From positions 3,072,001 to 3,136,000 of the forward strand of contig CM000208.1 of NCBI GenBank assembly GCA_000002445.1: a DNA stretch of 64,000 nucleotides. The letters are read 5' to 3'. The notes under the pieces are model-generated. The model saw nothing but the letters and a program-made list of their open reading frames with translations, ran no database searches and was not told the DNA's origin. The stretch's first letter is position 1; the number at the start of each line of letters is the position of its first letter. Source of the DNA: Trypanosoma brucei. Lineage: Eukaryota. Made by a program: the position numbers and the translations under genes. Shown here one piece after another: positions 50,911 through 61,157 of the stretch.

Positions 50911-52368
50911 CTACTCGACTACCACAACCTCATTGTCAAGAACGCGTCCGTTCCCAATGATCAGAGGCTCTTCCTTCAAATTTTTAATAACCACATTCCC
51001 TCTAACGGAAACGTCGGCACCAAATTCCACCAATCCACGGACGGTAAGTGATGTGCATTGTCGCAAGGATGGCACTCCTCCCTTCACAAGCTTTTCGAAT
51101 CCGTCAATCATCTTGTAATGCTCACCGTCAAGATCAATAGCTGGTGGCTTTCCATTTCGCTCCTCACACAGAACAAGACGCTGATCCTCCGTCACCTGAT
51201 ACGCATCAGACCTTAACGCAAGTAGATCACTGCAAGTCTTCACAGGTGCAAACCGCTCCCTTGGAACCACTACTGCTTCCGATCTATCAAATAGAGAAAT
51301 TGCGGCACCCATCGCCACCTCCAGCTGGTACACCTTCGTTGATTGACTGTCCTGCGGGTTCACCGTCTTGGGGTTTCGCATCACTGGAAGCCGCAGCACT
51401 CCCAACTGCTCGTCCATCATCTTCTTCAATTCCATGAGATTTATCCAAATGTTGTTCGTATTAAAGAAACAGTGCTTCGCGATGTTTTGAAAGCTATCCT
51501 CATCTTCTTTTGGACACTGAGCAGATTCGCGAAGAACAAAACGTCGTCGCGTTTGTCCAGTAGTCTCGTCAATGACATCCTTGTACGCCAAGTGGCCTCC
51601 CTTTTTGTCTGACTCCGTACGGCGACACACCTCCATGAGAAACCCCAGCTGTTTTTCGTGCATATAGTCCAGAAGCCTCACATCTAGTGTCGCGCCAAGG
51701 TTGTCTCCGTTTGATATAAACATGTAGCGGTAGCCTTTGCCCAACAGGTAATCCAACTTACCACTACTGTAAAGCACCGTATATACGTCCCCGTGTCCTG
51801 GTGGTACCCACTCGCACGTTGGGTCAGCCTCGTAGGTGACGGGAAAGAAATTGTCTTGCCTTATCTTGGGCACTCTGTTTTGCATGAGTTCGATGTCTGA
51901 GTCAAACACCTCGTACAAGGTAGGATACTTCCGAAGAAAATTCTTAGTTTCTCCCGATGTGGAAAACGAGTTCATCAGCATAAACGGCACGTTACAGTTA
52001 CGCACTTGACGAAAATGCTCCAACTGCAGGGCTGTGAAGTCAAGAAACGTCTGGCCATTCTTCACCTGTAGCAGGCTCTTGGGGCCGTTCAACCCCATCC
52101 CGGTACCAAGACCGCCGTTGAGTTTAAGAACGACCGCTTGTCGCAGTAACGCAGTGTTTTCTCCCTTCGTTTCGATACCCTGAAGGAAGGGAAGAGATTC
52201 CACCGGAAATATTGACTTCTCGGGTATATAGCCGGTTTCTCCTTTCCGGACAAGAGCGTGTTGGATGAGGAAAATATGAATACACTTCTCCTCAACACCT
52301 GATGCCTGCATTTTTTCCAAGCAGGCCAAAGCTGCCCCTGAAAAGGCTGAAGGAGGGTTTAGCGGCAT
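50911..52368 (-). CDS. UGP: UTP-glucose-1-phosphate uridylyltransferase (UDP-glucose pyrophosphorylase), 485 aa
   Basis: The UGPase signature VVLKLNGGLGTGMGLNGPKSLLQV is present, along with conserved downstream blocks (…FMLMNSFST…NRVPKI…). The track ORF is 536 aa from a TTG and reads through (CAA)14 as poly-Cys. The first ATG gives MPLNPPSAF…. At 485 aa it matches the size I recall for T. brucei UGP. Confidence 0.85.
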   Translation of the reverse strand: MPLNPPSAFSGAALACLEKMQASGVEEKCIHIFLIQHALVRKGETGYIPEKSIFPVESLPFLQGIETKGENTALLRQAVVLKLNGGLGTGMGLNGPKSLLQVKNGQTFLDFTALQLEHFRQVRNCNVPFMLMNSFSTSGETKNFLRKYPTLYEVFDSDIELMQNRVPKIRQDNFFPVTYEADPTCEWVPPGHGDVYTVLYSSGKLDYLLGKGYRYMFISNGDNLGATLDVRLLDYMHEKQLGFLMEVCRRTESDKKGGHLAYKDVIDETTGQTRRRFVLRESAQCPKEDEDSFQNIAKHCFFNTNNIWINLMELKKMMDEQLGVLRLPVMRNPKTVNPQDSQSTKVYQLEVAMGAAISLFDRSEAVVVPRERFAPVKTCSDLLALRSDAYQVTEDQRLVLCEERNGKPPAIDLDGEHYKMIDGFEKLVKGGVPSLRQCTSLTVRGLVEFGADVSVRGNVVIKNLKEEPLIIGNGRVLDNEVVVVE

Positions 52369-52468
52369 CGTGTGACACAACAGCACACACTGACACCGTT
52401 CCGAGGTATCTGATCTTATGAGCTTGCGTATTTTTCTGTTCGTTCTGAATTGTGTGCGCGTTTTTAAA

Positions 52469-52471
<3 letters not shown>

Positions 52472-52556
<85 letters not shown>
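52472..52556. repeat. Compound microsatellite (CAA)14 followed by (CAAT)11, about 100-190 nt upstream of the UGP start codon
   Basis: Direct read: acaacaacaa… then caatcaatcaat…. Confidence 0.95.
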
Positions 52557-52557
<1 letters not shown>

Positions 52558-52841
52558 GCAACAAACATTCCAAGAAAAGGATGAGAGAAGGAAGTGCACG
52601 AAGTGACAACAAGGAAAGCAAAAGGTCGCTACCACCACACACACACACACACACACATGTGCATACTTCCCCAATCACTGGTCATTTTACGTGAATTCTT
52701 CCTGTTGAAAATCATACTGCATTAAATTTATTCCCTCTAAAAGGAAACAACATACGGTAACGCGAGAGTGACTTTAACTGGTCCTGCTACTGTGTATTTG
52801 AAACTGCCACCACATCAGGACTGACGCACCGAGCGATTATT

Positions 52842-52920
52842 CCTTTTTTTTTTTGTGTGTGTGTGTATGTGTGTGAGTGTGTGTTCGTTAACCCCCCCCC
52901 CTACACACACACACAAAAAA
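52842..52920. repeat. Palindromic low-complexity block T13-(TG)n-C11-(CA)n-A7; the two halves are reverse complements around a C11 loop
   Basis: Read as tttttttttttt gtgtgtgtgtgtatgtgtgtgagtgtgtg ttcgttaa ccccccccccc tacacacacacacaaaaaaa. A further (CA)11 lies at about 52634-52655. The block is in the 3' flank of the 181-aa gene. Confidence 0.85.
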
Positions 52921-52931
52921 AGGAATAATCG

Positions 52932-53477
52932 CTATGTGGTCAAGTGTGCAAACATCTCATGGAGCTCATGCTCTCCAACCCCCTCTTCATCGTCGTCATC
53001 AATATCTTCCCATTCTTCATGTTGGCATATCTTATTAATAGCTTTTTTACCTGTTCGCAACAGGATAGCTTCCTCAATAGCACCGAGTTCCTTCCGGTGT
53101 TTTTCCTCCTGTTCCTTTTGCAACTGCCGAATGTACTTCCCTAATTCCCGCCGCTCCATCTTGGCATCTTCACCCTTCCTAATCCTCTGCCGTCGCGCCT
53201 CCAGTTCACGTGTGTGTTCCTTTAGCACCATCCGTTCGGCCGCTTGCCGCTTTAGGAGTTTGCTACGCTCCGTCCGCAAGGCTGCAAAAACGTCTTGATC
53301 GCGTTTACCTGACCGCTTGTGGCCAGTCATCTTTTTTATTCTCAATGGCACAGTTTTGACCCCACGAGCAGCCGCAATCACAGCAGCAACGGAATCCAAA
53401 CAGCTACCCTTTTTAGCGCCCCTAACCTTCTTCTTGCGGAGGACACGGGAGTTACCCCCAACTCGGCGTTTGCCCAT
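52932..53477 (-). CDS. Small highly basic protein with an acidic C-terminal tail; hypothetical, possibly nucleolar or ribosome-associated, 181 aa
   Basis: The ORF has an ATG start. The first 100 aa are K/R-rich (MGKRRVGGNSRVLRKKKVRGAKKG…). A coiled-coil middle leads to a DDDDEE tail. No specific family could be assigned. Confidence 0.5.
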   Translation of the reverse strand: MGKRRVGGNSRVLRKKKVRGAKKGSCLDSVAAVIAAARGVKTVPLRIKKMTGHKRSGKRDQDVFAALRTERSKLLKRQAAERMVLKEHTRELEARRQRIRKGEDAKMERRELGKYIRQLQKEQEEKHRKELGAIEEAILLRTGKKAINKICQHEEWEDIDDDDEEGVGEHELHEMFAHLTT

Positions 53478-53915
53478 ACCCCCCAGTGAGCCTCACTAAA
53501 AGTAATGAAAGGAACAGAGTAGCGTAAATGTCATTTCATAAACCATTTGGTTCATAATCGGAAGAAAATAAAGTTATATACACGAGATACACTGCAATAG
53601 AAATTGTCTTTTTTTAAAAAAAAACTGGTAATAGTTTACATTCACACTAAGGTGAAGTGTGTCTGGGGAGGGGGGGACGGAATGTCAAACAACGTCCCCC
53701 TCCCTTAGGGAGTGTGTAAATGTGTGAGAATGGAGCCCTTCGTGATTATTTGTATTGTTACCCACTCCTTCGTCCCAATGCCTCGTCAAAAAACCGCTCT
53801 TTTCCTCTTGAGGATCTCTGACCCCCAATTGTTACATGTAGTTGACACACACAATAATGAAGATAGGGAAGTCGTCGTGTTTTTTTTCCTTTTTGAACTC
53901 CCCTCACAAAATACC

Positions 53916-56474
53916 TCAAAGTTGAGAAGTACCGAATCTGGAAGACCCAACCCCGCCCATGGTGGTTGAATCGTGGGGTGCCACCGGACATATACGCCGA
54001 AGCTGTACATAATCAGCCCCACTACTGCAACTCTTAAAGAGCTGTGGTGGAGGGTTTATTTCACTTCGTTGGAGAGGTTGCATGGGTTCTGGTCTCAACT
54101 GACGCGATACCCGTAAAAGTGGAAAACGTGGCTTCTGCGTTGTGTGGCCCTGACTGATACCTGTTTCATCCCTACGGATAACCTGATCATTACCGCCGCA
54201 ACGCCCACCTCCCCTGGGTGGTTCGGCTACTGTGCATCCCTCAGAGGAATAGTGGCCTGTTGGCAAGTGACTGGCACTTTGGGGTAGCTGAGTCCCACTT
54301 TTAGTGCCACTCTCCTCCAGTTCTTCCACCCTTTGACTTCGCTCCCCGCTGACTAAAGATGTAGTAAATGTTCCACGATGAGTAGTGTTGTAGACATATT
54401 GCCTGCCAGAACCATTGCTTATGGGGTCTAAAGACCTCCGCCCCACCAAGTTTTCATTACCATAACCTGAGGTGAGCATTTCGCTGCGCCGCTCCACATC
54501 AAAAGAAGTTTCACGTGGGCTCGTGGCAAGCGTGCTGTGAATATTGTTTACATCATAAGATGGAAATCTCTCACGTGAAGGGTTTTGCACCACCTGATGC
54601 CATGAGGACGCAACTGAGGCAAAATGTTGACTATGTAAGGTGGGTCGACTGTGCTGCAGCTGCGGTGCATGACGTGACGCACCTGATTTTGTTAGCAAGG
54701 GTAGTACGGTGATGAATGGTAATCCTTGTCGTTGATGGCGGGGAGACACTAATCCTTGGACAGTAACTGACATAATCGGCGACACAACAGTGGTGTCCTG
54801 GTACACTTCGCATGGAATATTTCCCGAGATGGAGTACTGTCCGGTCGGACTCCCTCCCTGTGCATCATTCTTTGTCACAAAAGACCTAGCGTTGCCGGTC
54901 TCCTCTCCGCGCCTACCGATAAAACCTCTAAGTGTCTTTACACGCTGCTTTATCCACTTCCTCCGTTCCTCGGCTGCGGCGCTACGCATTGGCCGATCCA
55001 AGAACTGCAGTGGGATAACCATATACTCCTCTAGCATCTTATGACGCTTTTCCTGTTCTTCACGGAAAAGCTTTTCTGCCTTTCGAACCACCCATGGTTC
55101 GTCCAGTTGCACCAGTAGATTCGCGTAAAGCGGCGGTGCGGTACCCACCGATTGAATCAGTGATGAAGCGAAATCTAGTCTTCGAAACATCTCCCCCCGA
55201 CGTCGCTGAATATCTGCTTCAACTGCTTTCCGCTCCACGGATTCTGTGCATACGAGGAGTTCGAGAAATGCACCTATCAGTTGTTTAAGTGATCCGTCGT
55301 TCCCGCACGGAGTTACTACGTGGGGTGGCCTTTTAGTTCCCGTGTCATCTTCTGCTAACTGAGGAAGCGCTTGCGCGCCCTTACACGAGGGCAAATCTAT
55401 TTCCCTACCACCAATGTCCAATTTCTCTCCCCCTGCCCGAGGGCATTGGGGCAGCCAACTTTCAAAAAGTTCGCCTAGACACCGTCGTGTGCCCTCTTCA
55501 CTATGCAGGGCAGAGGTCCACGGTAATTCGTTGATGGTTAAAGGCAGCTTTCCGCCACTCCCAGCAGTGTGCGCATCCGTTTCCTCTGCTGCCCTCGTAA
55601 GACAGTCACTATCAACATCTTCGACCTTTAGCGGAGGGGGTGGAATGGCGCCACAACCAGTGGTTTGCAGTATCTCATCTTCAAGCACCACACGCGGGAT
55701 CATGGGTGTCAACACCGTGTTAGCTACTCTGCTCATCATGTGTTGTATTTGCAGGACCTCCATACGCTCTTCACGCATGATAGCCAGTGCCCTCGAGGCG
55801 TATTGGGACTCGTACGCCCGCCGCTCGTCACGTTGAAGCGAAAGGTTTTCCCGACAACGATGTGCCACACATCGTTGCAAAAAGAACCGTATAAGAGAAA
55901 TAGCCTGATTGTACTTCATATTTTTGTACATCCAGTGGACAAAGTGCCGCTCCTTCTGGGACCGAAAAACGCGCTGCAAAAAGCGAGCAGCTAATTCTTT
56001 CCTTCTGGAAATGCGCGTCAGCCGACTTCGCAAGAATGGAACGAGCACACTAATTGCAGTCCTCTGGCGAATACGCTTCCGCTGTTGACGGTCACGCCAC
56101 ATACATTGAATCTTATAAGCAGCCCTTACTTTTTCAACGGTTTCGAGTCGGACCTGCTTTCGGTACCGGATCAGGACGCGGCGCATGGCGGCAGCGAAAA
56201 GCAGCGAAAGGGCACAGATGAAAAGAGGCCTAACTTTCCGTCGAAGTGAGAGATGCCTGTAGAGGAAACGCTTCGGCATGTTGCTTGCAAGCCGTCTGTA
56301 CCTGGACAGTTGCTCTTGTGATGCTAGCGACGTTCTCGCGCTTGCTACATATCTTCCTACACATGAGCTTGGCTGTCTGCTTTCAATCGAAGCGCGGCGT
56401 CGTGAGAACTCGGTTTGTTTGCCAGCCAGCGTAGATCCCCAGCCTTTCTTGCTGTTGGAGGTGAAGCCGTCCAT
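53916..56474 (-). CDS. Hypothetical protein with IQ-like motifs, 852 aa
   Basis: The ORF is long and clean with an ATG start. The N-terminal region holds IQ-like calmodulin-binding patterns (AAYKIQCMWRDRQQRKRIRQ; AARFLQRVFRSQKER). The C-terminal third is Ser/Gly/Pro-rich and low-complexity. Confidence 0.6.
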   Translation of the reverse strand: MDGFTSNSKKGWGSTLAGKQTEFSRRRASIESRQPSSCVGRYVASARTSLASQEQLSRYRRLASNMPKRFLYRHLSLRRKVRPLFICALSLLFAAAMRRVLIRYRKQVRLETVEKVRAAYKIQCMWRDRQQRKRIRQRTAISVLVPFLRSRLTRISRRKELAARFLQRVFRSQKERHFVHWMYKNMKYNQAISLIRFFLQRCVAHRCRENLSLQRDERRAYESQYASRALAIMREERMEVLQIQHMMSRVANTVLTPMIPRVVLEDEILQTTGCGAIPPPPLKVEDVDSDCLTRAAEETDAHTAGSGGKLPLTINELPWTSALHSEEGTRRCLGELFESWLPQCPRAGGEKLDIGGREIDLPSCKGAQALPQLAEDDTGTKRPPHVVTPCGNDGSLKQLIGAFLELLVCTESVERKAVEADIQRRRGEMFRRLDFASSLIQSVGTAPPLYANLLVQLDEPWVVRKAEKLFREEQEKRHKMLEEYMVIPLQFLDRPMRSAAAEERRKWIKQRVKTLRGFIGRRGEETGNARSFVTKNDAQGGSPTGQYSISGNIPCEVYQDTTVVSPIMSVTVQGLVSPRHQRQGLPFITVLPLLTKSGASRHAPQLQHSRPTLHSQHFASVASSWHQVVQNPSRERFPSYDVNNIHSTLATSPRETSFDVERRSEMLTSGYGNENLVGRRSLDPISNGSGRQYVYNTTHRGTFTTSLVSGERSQRVEELEESGTKSGTQLPQSASHLPTGHYSSEGCTVAEPPRGGGRCGGNDQVIRRDETGISQGHTTQKPRFPLLRVSRQLRPEPMQPLQRSEINPPPQLFKSCSSGADYVQLRRICPVAPHDSTTMGGVGSSRFGTSQL

Positions 56475-56816
56475 CCTCTACAAAGGGGCGCTAAACAATG
56501 TGATAAATGCTTGCCCACTGCCTCTTCCACTTCTGTTTCAGTCGCAGAGAAACACAACAACAACAACGAAAGCAATAAATGATTCAAGAAAAAGAGAAAA
56601 CAATAATAATTGATTTGTGTGCTCAGCAGAATCTGGATAACCCGAAAATACTGCAGTGCATCCGGACACTGAGAACCACATTACCCTATATCGTAAAAGT
56701 GGCATCATCCGCTCAATCTTTTACGCTGTGTTTTATCCATCCTTTGGTCACACACAGAGTAGGCTCCATCCAGAGCAACAAACGTTCACCGTGAAGGCTT
56801 CCTTTCAATTCCCACT

Positions 56817-58409
56817 TCAGGTCCATGGCAAGCCATTTGGTACAAACAGTGCGCCTATACAATTCCAGAGCAGGAATATACGAACCATTACAACTGTGTT
56901 CCCTCCCCACGGGTCACACACAAACTGCCGACCCCAAAGCCAATACAATGCCGGAGAAGACATGACTAGACGATTCACCACATTAACATGCGCCATAGTG
57001 GCGCCAAAAGCGAGAATCACGAGAAGACAGATGATGTTGGAAGACTGAACAAGGTTCTCCATTAGTTTGTAAATTGAAAACAGGCGTTGCTTTTTATTTC
57101 CACACCGGTCTTCCCGGCAATCGCTTCTCGGTTCTTGATATTCTTTTGAAATATTTGACTCAGTTTCCATACTCCGCGCCAGAGCAGGCTGAACTATAAA
57201 CAGAACAAAGCCGCGCACGGTAAAAAACATAATGGGAGCACTGATGAGTACATTCGGTGCATTGCCCCAACGGTAAGACTGCAGGAACCCGACATTCCAG
57301 TACCGCTTTTGCATCCAACCGTAGAATGCCCAGAAGCGGCCGCCGATTGCGGCTCTGGACATGTCATCCCACAATGGAACGAAACGGCTATAACACAAGT
57401 AGTTTAGCCCGAGATATGGTGTAATGATGATAACCACCTCAATCAACACAATCACACATCTTGCTAAGCTCGGCCACCGACGAATTGGAGAGGTTACGCC
57501 ATACCGCTTGGCGTATCGCTTTCTGTAGGTGTCAAAAAAAAACACCTGCAAGAAGACAGGATACAGGACGAATCCAATGTATGTTGTCGCGTTGGATCGA
57601 GCACAACCTGCCACGGCGAAGCACAACACGGCCCCTGCCTCAGCAGCAGCAGTTCGCCACTTCCCTTGAGGTGAAACGATAAGCATATACACGCCAAGAA
57701 ACGTTGCAAAGGAGAAAACACTTTCCGTGTAAAGCACCACGCTGAACACAGCCGTAGGACTTAGCATCCACATCAGCACTGTTGCACCTACTTCCTTCCA
57801 TAGCCTAGCGTTCAAGTGTTCCTTCACCGTCACCTCGTGCCGATAATACGGAGGCGGCAGCGGAAGGCTGTCCAACCAAGTTCCGGATGTCATTGACATT
57901 GCTTTATCCTTTTTATTGGTGTAATCCACGCCATGGGACCCACTGAGCAGGGTAAGGATGGTGATGCGCCGCAAACAGACAGCCGCGGCACCACCCATGG
58001 CAACATTCAGCAACGCCACCTGAAAGGTAACTGGCACCGCCGTCAAAAATTCCGGTAAAAGCACGTCGTTTAACCATGAAACTGTCCGAACAATAAATGG
58101 AACGAGTGGGAAGAACGCGCAAACATTTTCATGGGAGTACCCATGTTTGGCCACGTGGAAGAAATGCACACCATCCCAACTCCGAGGAAAGTTTAACAGA
58201 CTCCACGTACTGTTCATATCATCATATAGCAAAGTCCCGCTGTCCCATAGCAGCTCCGTGCCATAAATATGCGGAAGTGCAACGCGAAGGAAGAGCATCA
58301 GCAGCAACAAGAACATGCGCGACCCGGACACAAGAAAAAACAGTTTCACATCCGAGCAGTAGGCGATTCGTTCAAGACCCTCGAGTCTTTGCGCACGAGT
58401 TGGCGACAT
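56817..58409 (-). CDS. GPI mannosyltransferase 2 (PIG-V / Gpi18 family, GT76), 530 aa
   Basis: The protein is multi-pass membrane. [30 protein letters not shown] lines up with recalled human PIG-V [54 protein letters not shown] lines up with [26 protein letters not shown]. The C-terminal NGLPWT matches NFLPWT. Confidence 0.8.
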   Translation of the reverse strand: [530 protein letters not shown]

Positions 58410-59772
58410 TCTACTCGACGCACAGGTTGTACAAGTGGTCCTACGAGGTCCCCTCTCACCTCTTATCCGAGTGGTGTGTGTTTGTGTGGGTTGGCGGTAT
58501 TGATATGGTGGACAATGATTTAAAAAAAAAAGAAAAGTATGACGTTTTGCAGCTGAAGATAAGACAAAATAAATAAGGAAGCAATAACCTCAGTTTTCCC
58601 CGCTTAATCCAACACCTCCGTTCGCTACAGTTTGTGTAATACAAATTTAACTTGTGTAAGTCGCACGCCACAGAAACGCGGTAGAATGGCTTGTAGATCG
58701 ACAAAGGTATATGTTGCGATGTTAATATAGATCCCTCTCCATTGCACAGTCCGGAAGGGTGTTGTCCGCACCGATTAACACTGCGGCAGGCATCGTAAGC
58801 GGCAAAGCGTATCACCGCTCGAGAAGCGGTGAAGAACAGTTGGGGAGAAACTGATCAACACATTAAGTGTACACGCGTTTGATACGCACACTTGTACAAC
58901 GTCGATGCGCTGACTGCGCTAGTCGCAGACATACAGGTGCTGGTGACCACAACTCCCAAGGTGCTATTTAAAAATTATATAGAGATCACGATAAGCGAAC
59001 TCATAATCGTAGAACCAAGCTCCTTCTCGTCCCGTTGAATTCATTGAAAACTTTTCCATTGGTTGAGCCATCCGTACTGATTCCTTTTTTCCTTTTATTT
59101 GCCTCCCGTTGCGTAGCACTCCTTATCCTACAGTGCGCACCATCGTAACTTGTGACCGTCGGAAAAGGTGAACCTTCAATCCGGTAACTGTACCTCAGCC
59201 TTATGTCCTATCTCTGCCTCCGTATGCACGTGGGGGTTGTGAGCCCCCTATTGGTAACGGAGTGTGCGCGATATGTCTGGAACTTACCTCCTACGTCTTA
59301 CCAAAGGCACAAAGCGGCCATAAACAATCCCCGTCCAACAAAACTTTTTTCACAGGAAATTGGCTCCACAGCACAGCAACCGCCTAAGGCAAGTGACGAT
59401 GAAAAACACAGCCGCAACGGTGTGAAAACTGTCGATTTTTTCGCCAACGGATTGCCTTCTCGTGCTCATAACTATGAGGAAAAAAGGCCCAGTTGCATGG
59501 AGCTAAATTAGGAGCCAACCGCACGATCCGAAGGAGCGAGAAAAGCTTAGAAATACGACGAGAAACACTCATGGACTGGTGTGATGTTCACTTTCTTCAT
59601 TACCAGAGGCATGAAATGTGTACTAATGAGGGGCAGATAACGCTTGTCATAATAAAATGATTTCTACGTGGAATAGGTACGGTCATGGTGAATCTCGCGT
59701 ATACCCCCTCATTCCTTTACCTCCATTGAAATTCGCATATATTGCATAGTCAGTGAAGACCCTTCCACAATA

Positions 59773-60804
59773 TCAGCCGTGGGTGTGGTGGTGGACGTAT
59801 TCCATCATCCACTGTGCCTTGGTACTGCGACAAAGTGGGCAACACCGCGGGTCGTTGGCCAATGAAGCGCGTTGACGTCCTATGCTGTATTTTTTCTTGC
59901 GCAGATGTGGTCTCCGGGCTAGTTGCCTTGCCCTCTCCTCCTTCGCCGCTTCCGCTTCGTATTCAAGCCAGCTCTGAGCGACCTCGCCACGTAAAAGCGT
60001 GCGCGGTCGGGCCGCATAGACATGAAAACACCGAAGACAGCGGAAGAGAGTCTTTTCGCTACTTTGCACTAGCTTACTTTTAGTTACGGTACGATGCAAC
60101 AGAAGGCTATGTTCCACTACCTCACGACTGGCTGAACATGGAGACAGGTACTTCGATAGTTTCAGTGCTCCTACTGGAGCCAGCGCGACGTCAACATGTG
60201 GCGACACCTCTTTTGTGGTGGGAGCACGCTGATGAGATTGTCGGAATGCGCGCCTCTCTTCCAGCAACCACTTGCTGTCTTTCCGTAGGCGGACGCAGTG
60301 TCGACCAGCTTCGTTGAAAATGTTTCGAAGTGCTCTTTGTTGAGTCTCGTAAGACTCAATTGAGAAGAGTTGAGGCGAACTATTGGTGCCGTCGCGCTCA
60401 TCATTTGCTTGCCGGGCACCCCCCTCTCCATCGGTAGCGCTGCGTGAGTTGGGCAACACAAAGGTCGGTGTTCGACTTGCTGCCATAGCAGCCTTCTTTA
60501 ATTTCGTTGCACGAGGCGTTGGTACAAGGTACTCGTCGGCGACAGATGACGTTGAGCCCAGCGCCGCCGGTCTCACTGCATCAAACGCACCATTGGAGAC
60601 CATAGACTCCTCAACAACACCACTGGAGGTTGCTTCTGTCGTGCACGTGTCGCGCACGCGGTCCAGTTCGGCAAGCAGCGGTCCGCGATATGTCATCCGC
60701 CCAGGAGCTGGTCGCCGCTGGGGGATCAGGTTCTGGGGAAGCAGCCGTGCAGCCCCCGGAGTTAACGACTTTTGTAACAGTGACGACGAAAGGTGGCGTG
60801 GCAT
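59773..60804 (-). CDS. Hypothetical protein, 343 aa
   Basis: The ORF sits in the gene-cluster orientation and is non-repetitive. It is basic and Ser/Ala/Arg-rich. No recognisable domain is present. The call rests only on length, orientation and composition. Confidence 0.4.
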   Translation of the reverse strand: MPRHLSSSLLQKSLTPGAARLLPQNLIPQRRPAPGRMTYRGPLLAELDRVRDTCTTEATSSGVVEESMVSNGAFDAVRPAALGSTSSVADEYLVPTPRATKLKKAAMAASRTPTFVLPNSRSATDGEGGARQANDERDGTNSSPQLFSIESYETQQRALRNIFNEAGRHCVRLRKDSKWLLEERRAFRQSHQRAPTTKEVSPHVDVALAPVGALKLSKYLSPCSASREVVEHSLLLHRTVTKSKLVQSSEKTLFRCLRCFHVYAARPRTLLRGEVAQSWLEYEAEAAKEERARQLARRPHLRKKKYSIGRQRASLANDPRCCPLCRSTKAQWMMEYVHHHTHG

Positions 60805-61157
60805 TACAAACTACTAACCATCACGTTCATAAATCTGGGGTGAATGAAGATCAAGTGGGAAACAACTTTAAAAACAAAGGGCAACACAATACTAATTATG
60901 TGCATATTCTGTTAATTACCATGGCGGACATGTTCTACGGTTATTGCCTAGTCTTGTGGCAAATATTAATCGTCGTTAGTACCTAACCAAAACCTACGCT
61001 TATCCCCGACTGACGAGGGGCATGTTACGAATTATCCCTGACCTCTTCCTTTTTATACGCCAGCTCGTTAATTATGTACAACCAGAGGTCTGTTCCCTTT
61101 TGCCGCCGATGCGCCCAAATATGACAAGCACCGCCCCCTCCGAAGTGTGACGTTAAG

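Noticed and set aside
52369-52521. N-terminal poly-Cys extension (MIDCCCCCCCCCCCCCC…) of the UGP ORF in the track
   Set aside because: It is an artefact of reading (TTG)n in frame from a non-ATG (TTG) start. The first ATG gives a canonical 485-aa UGPase.
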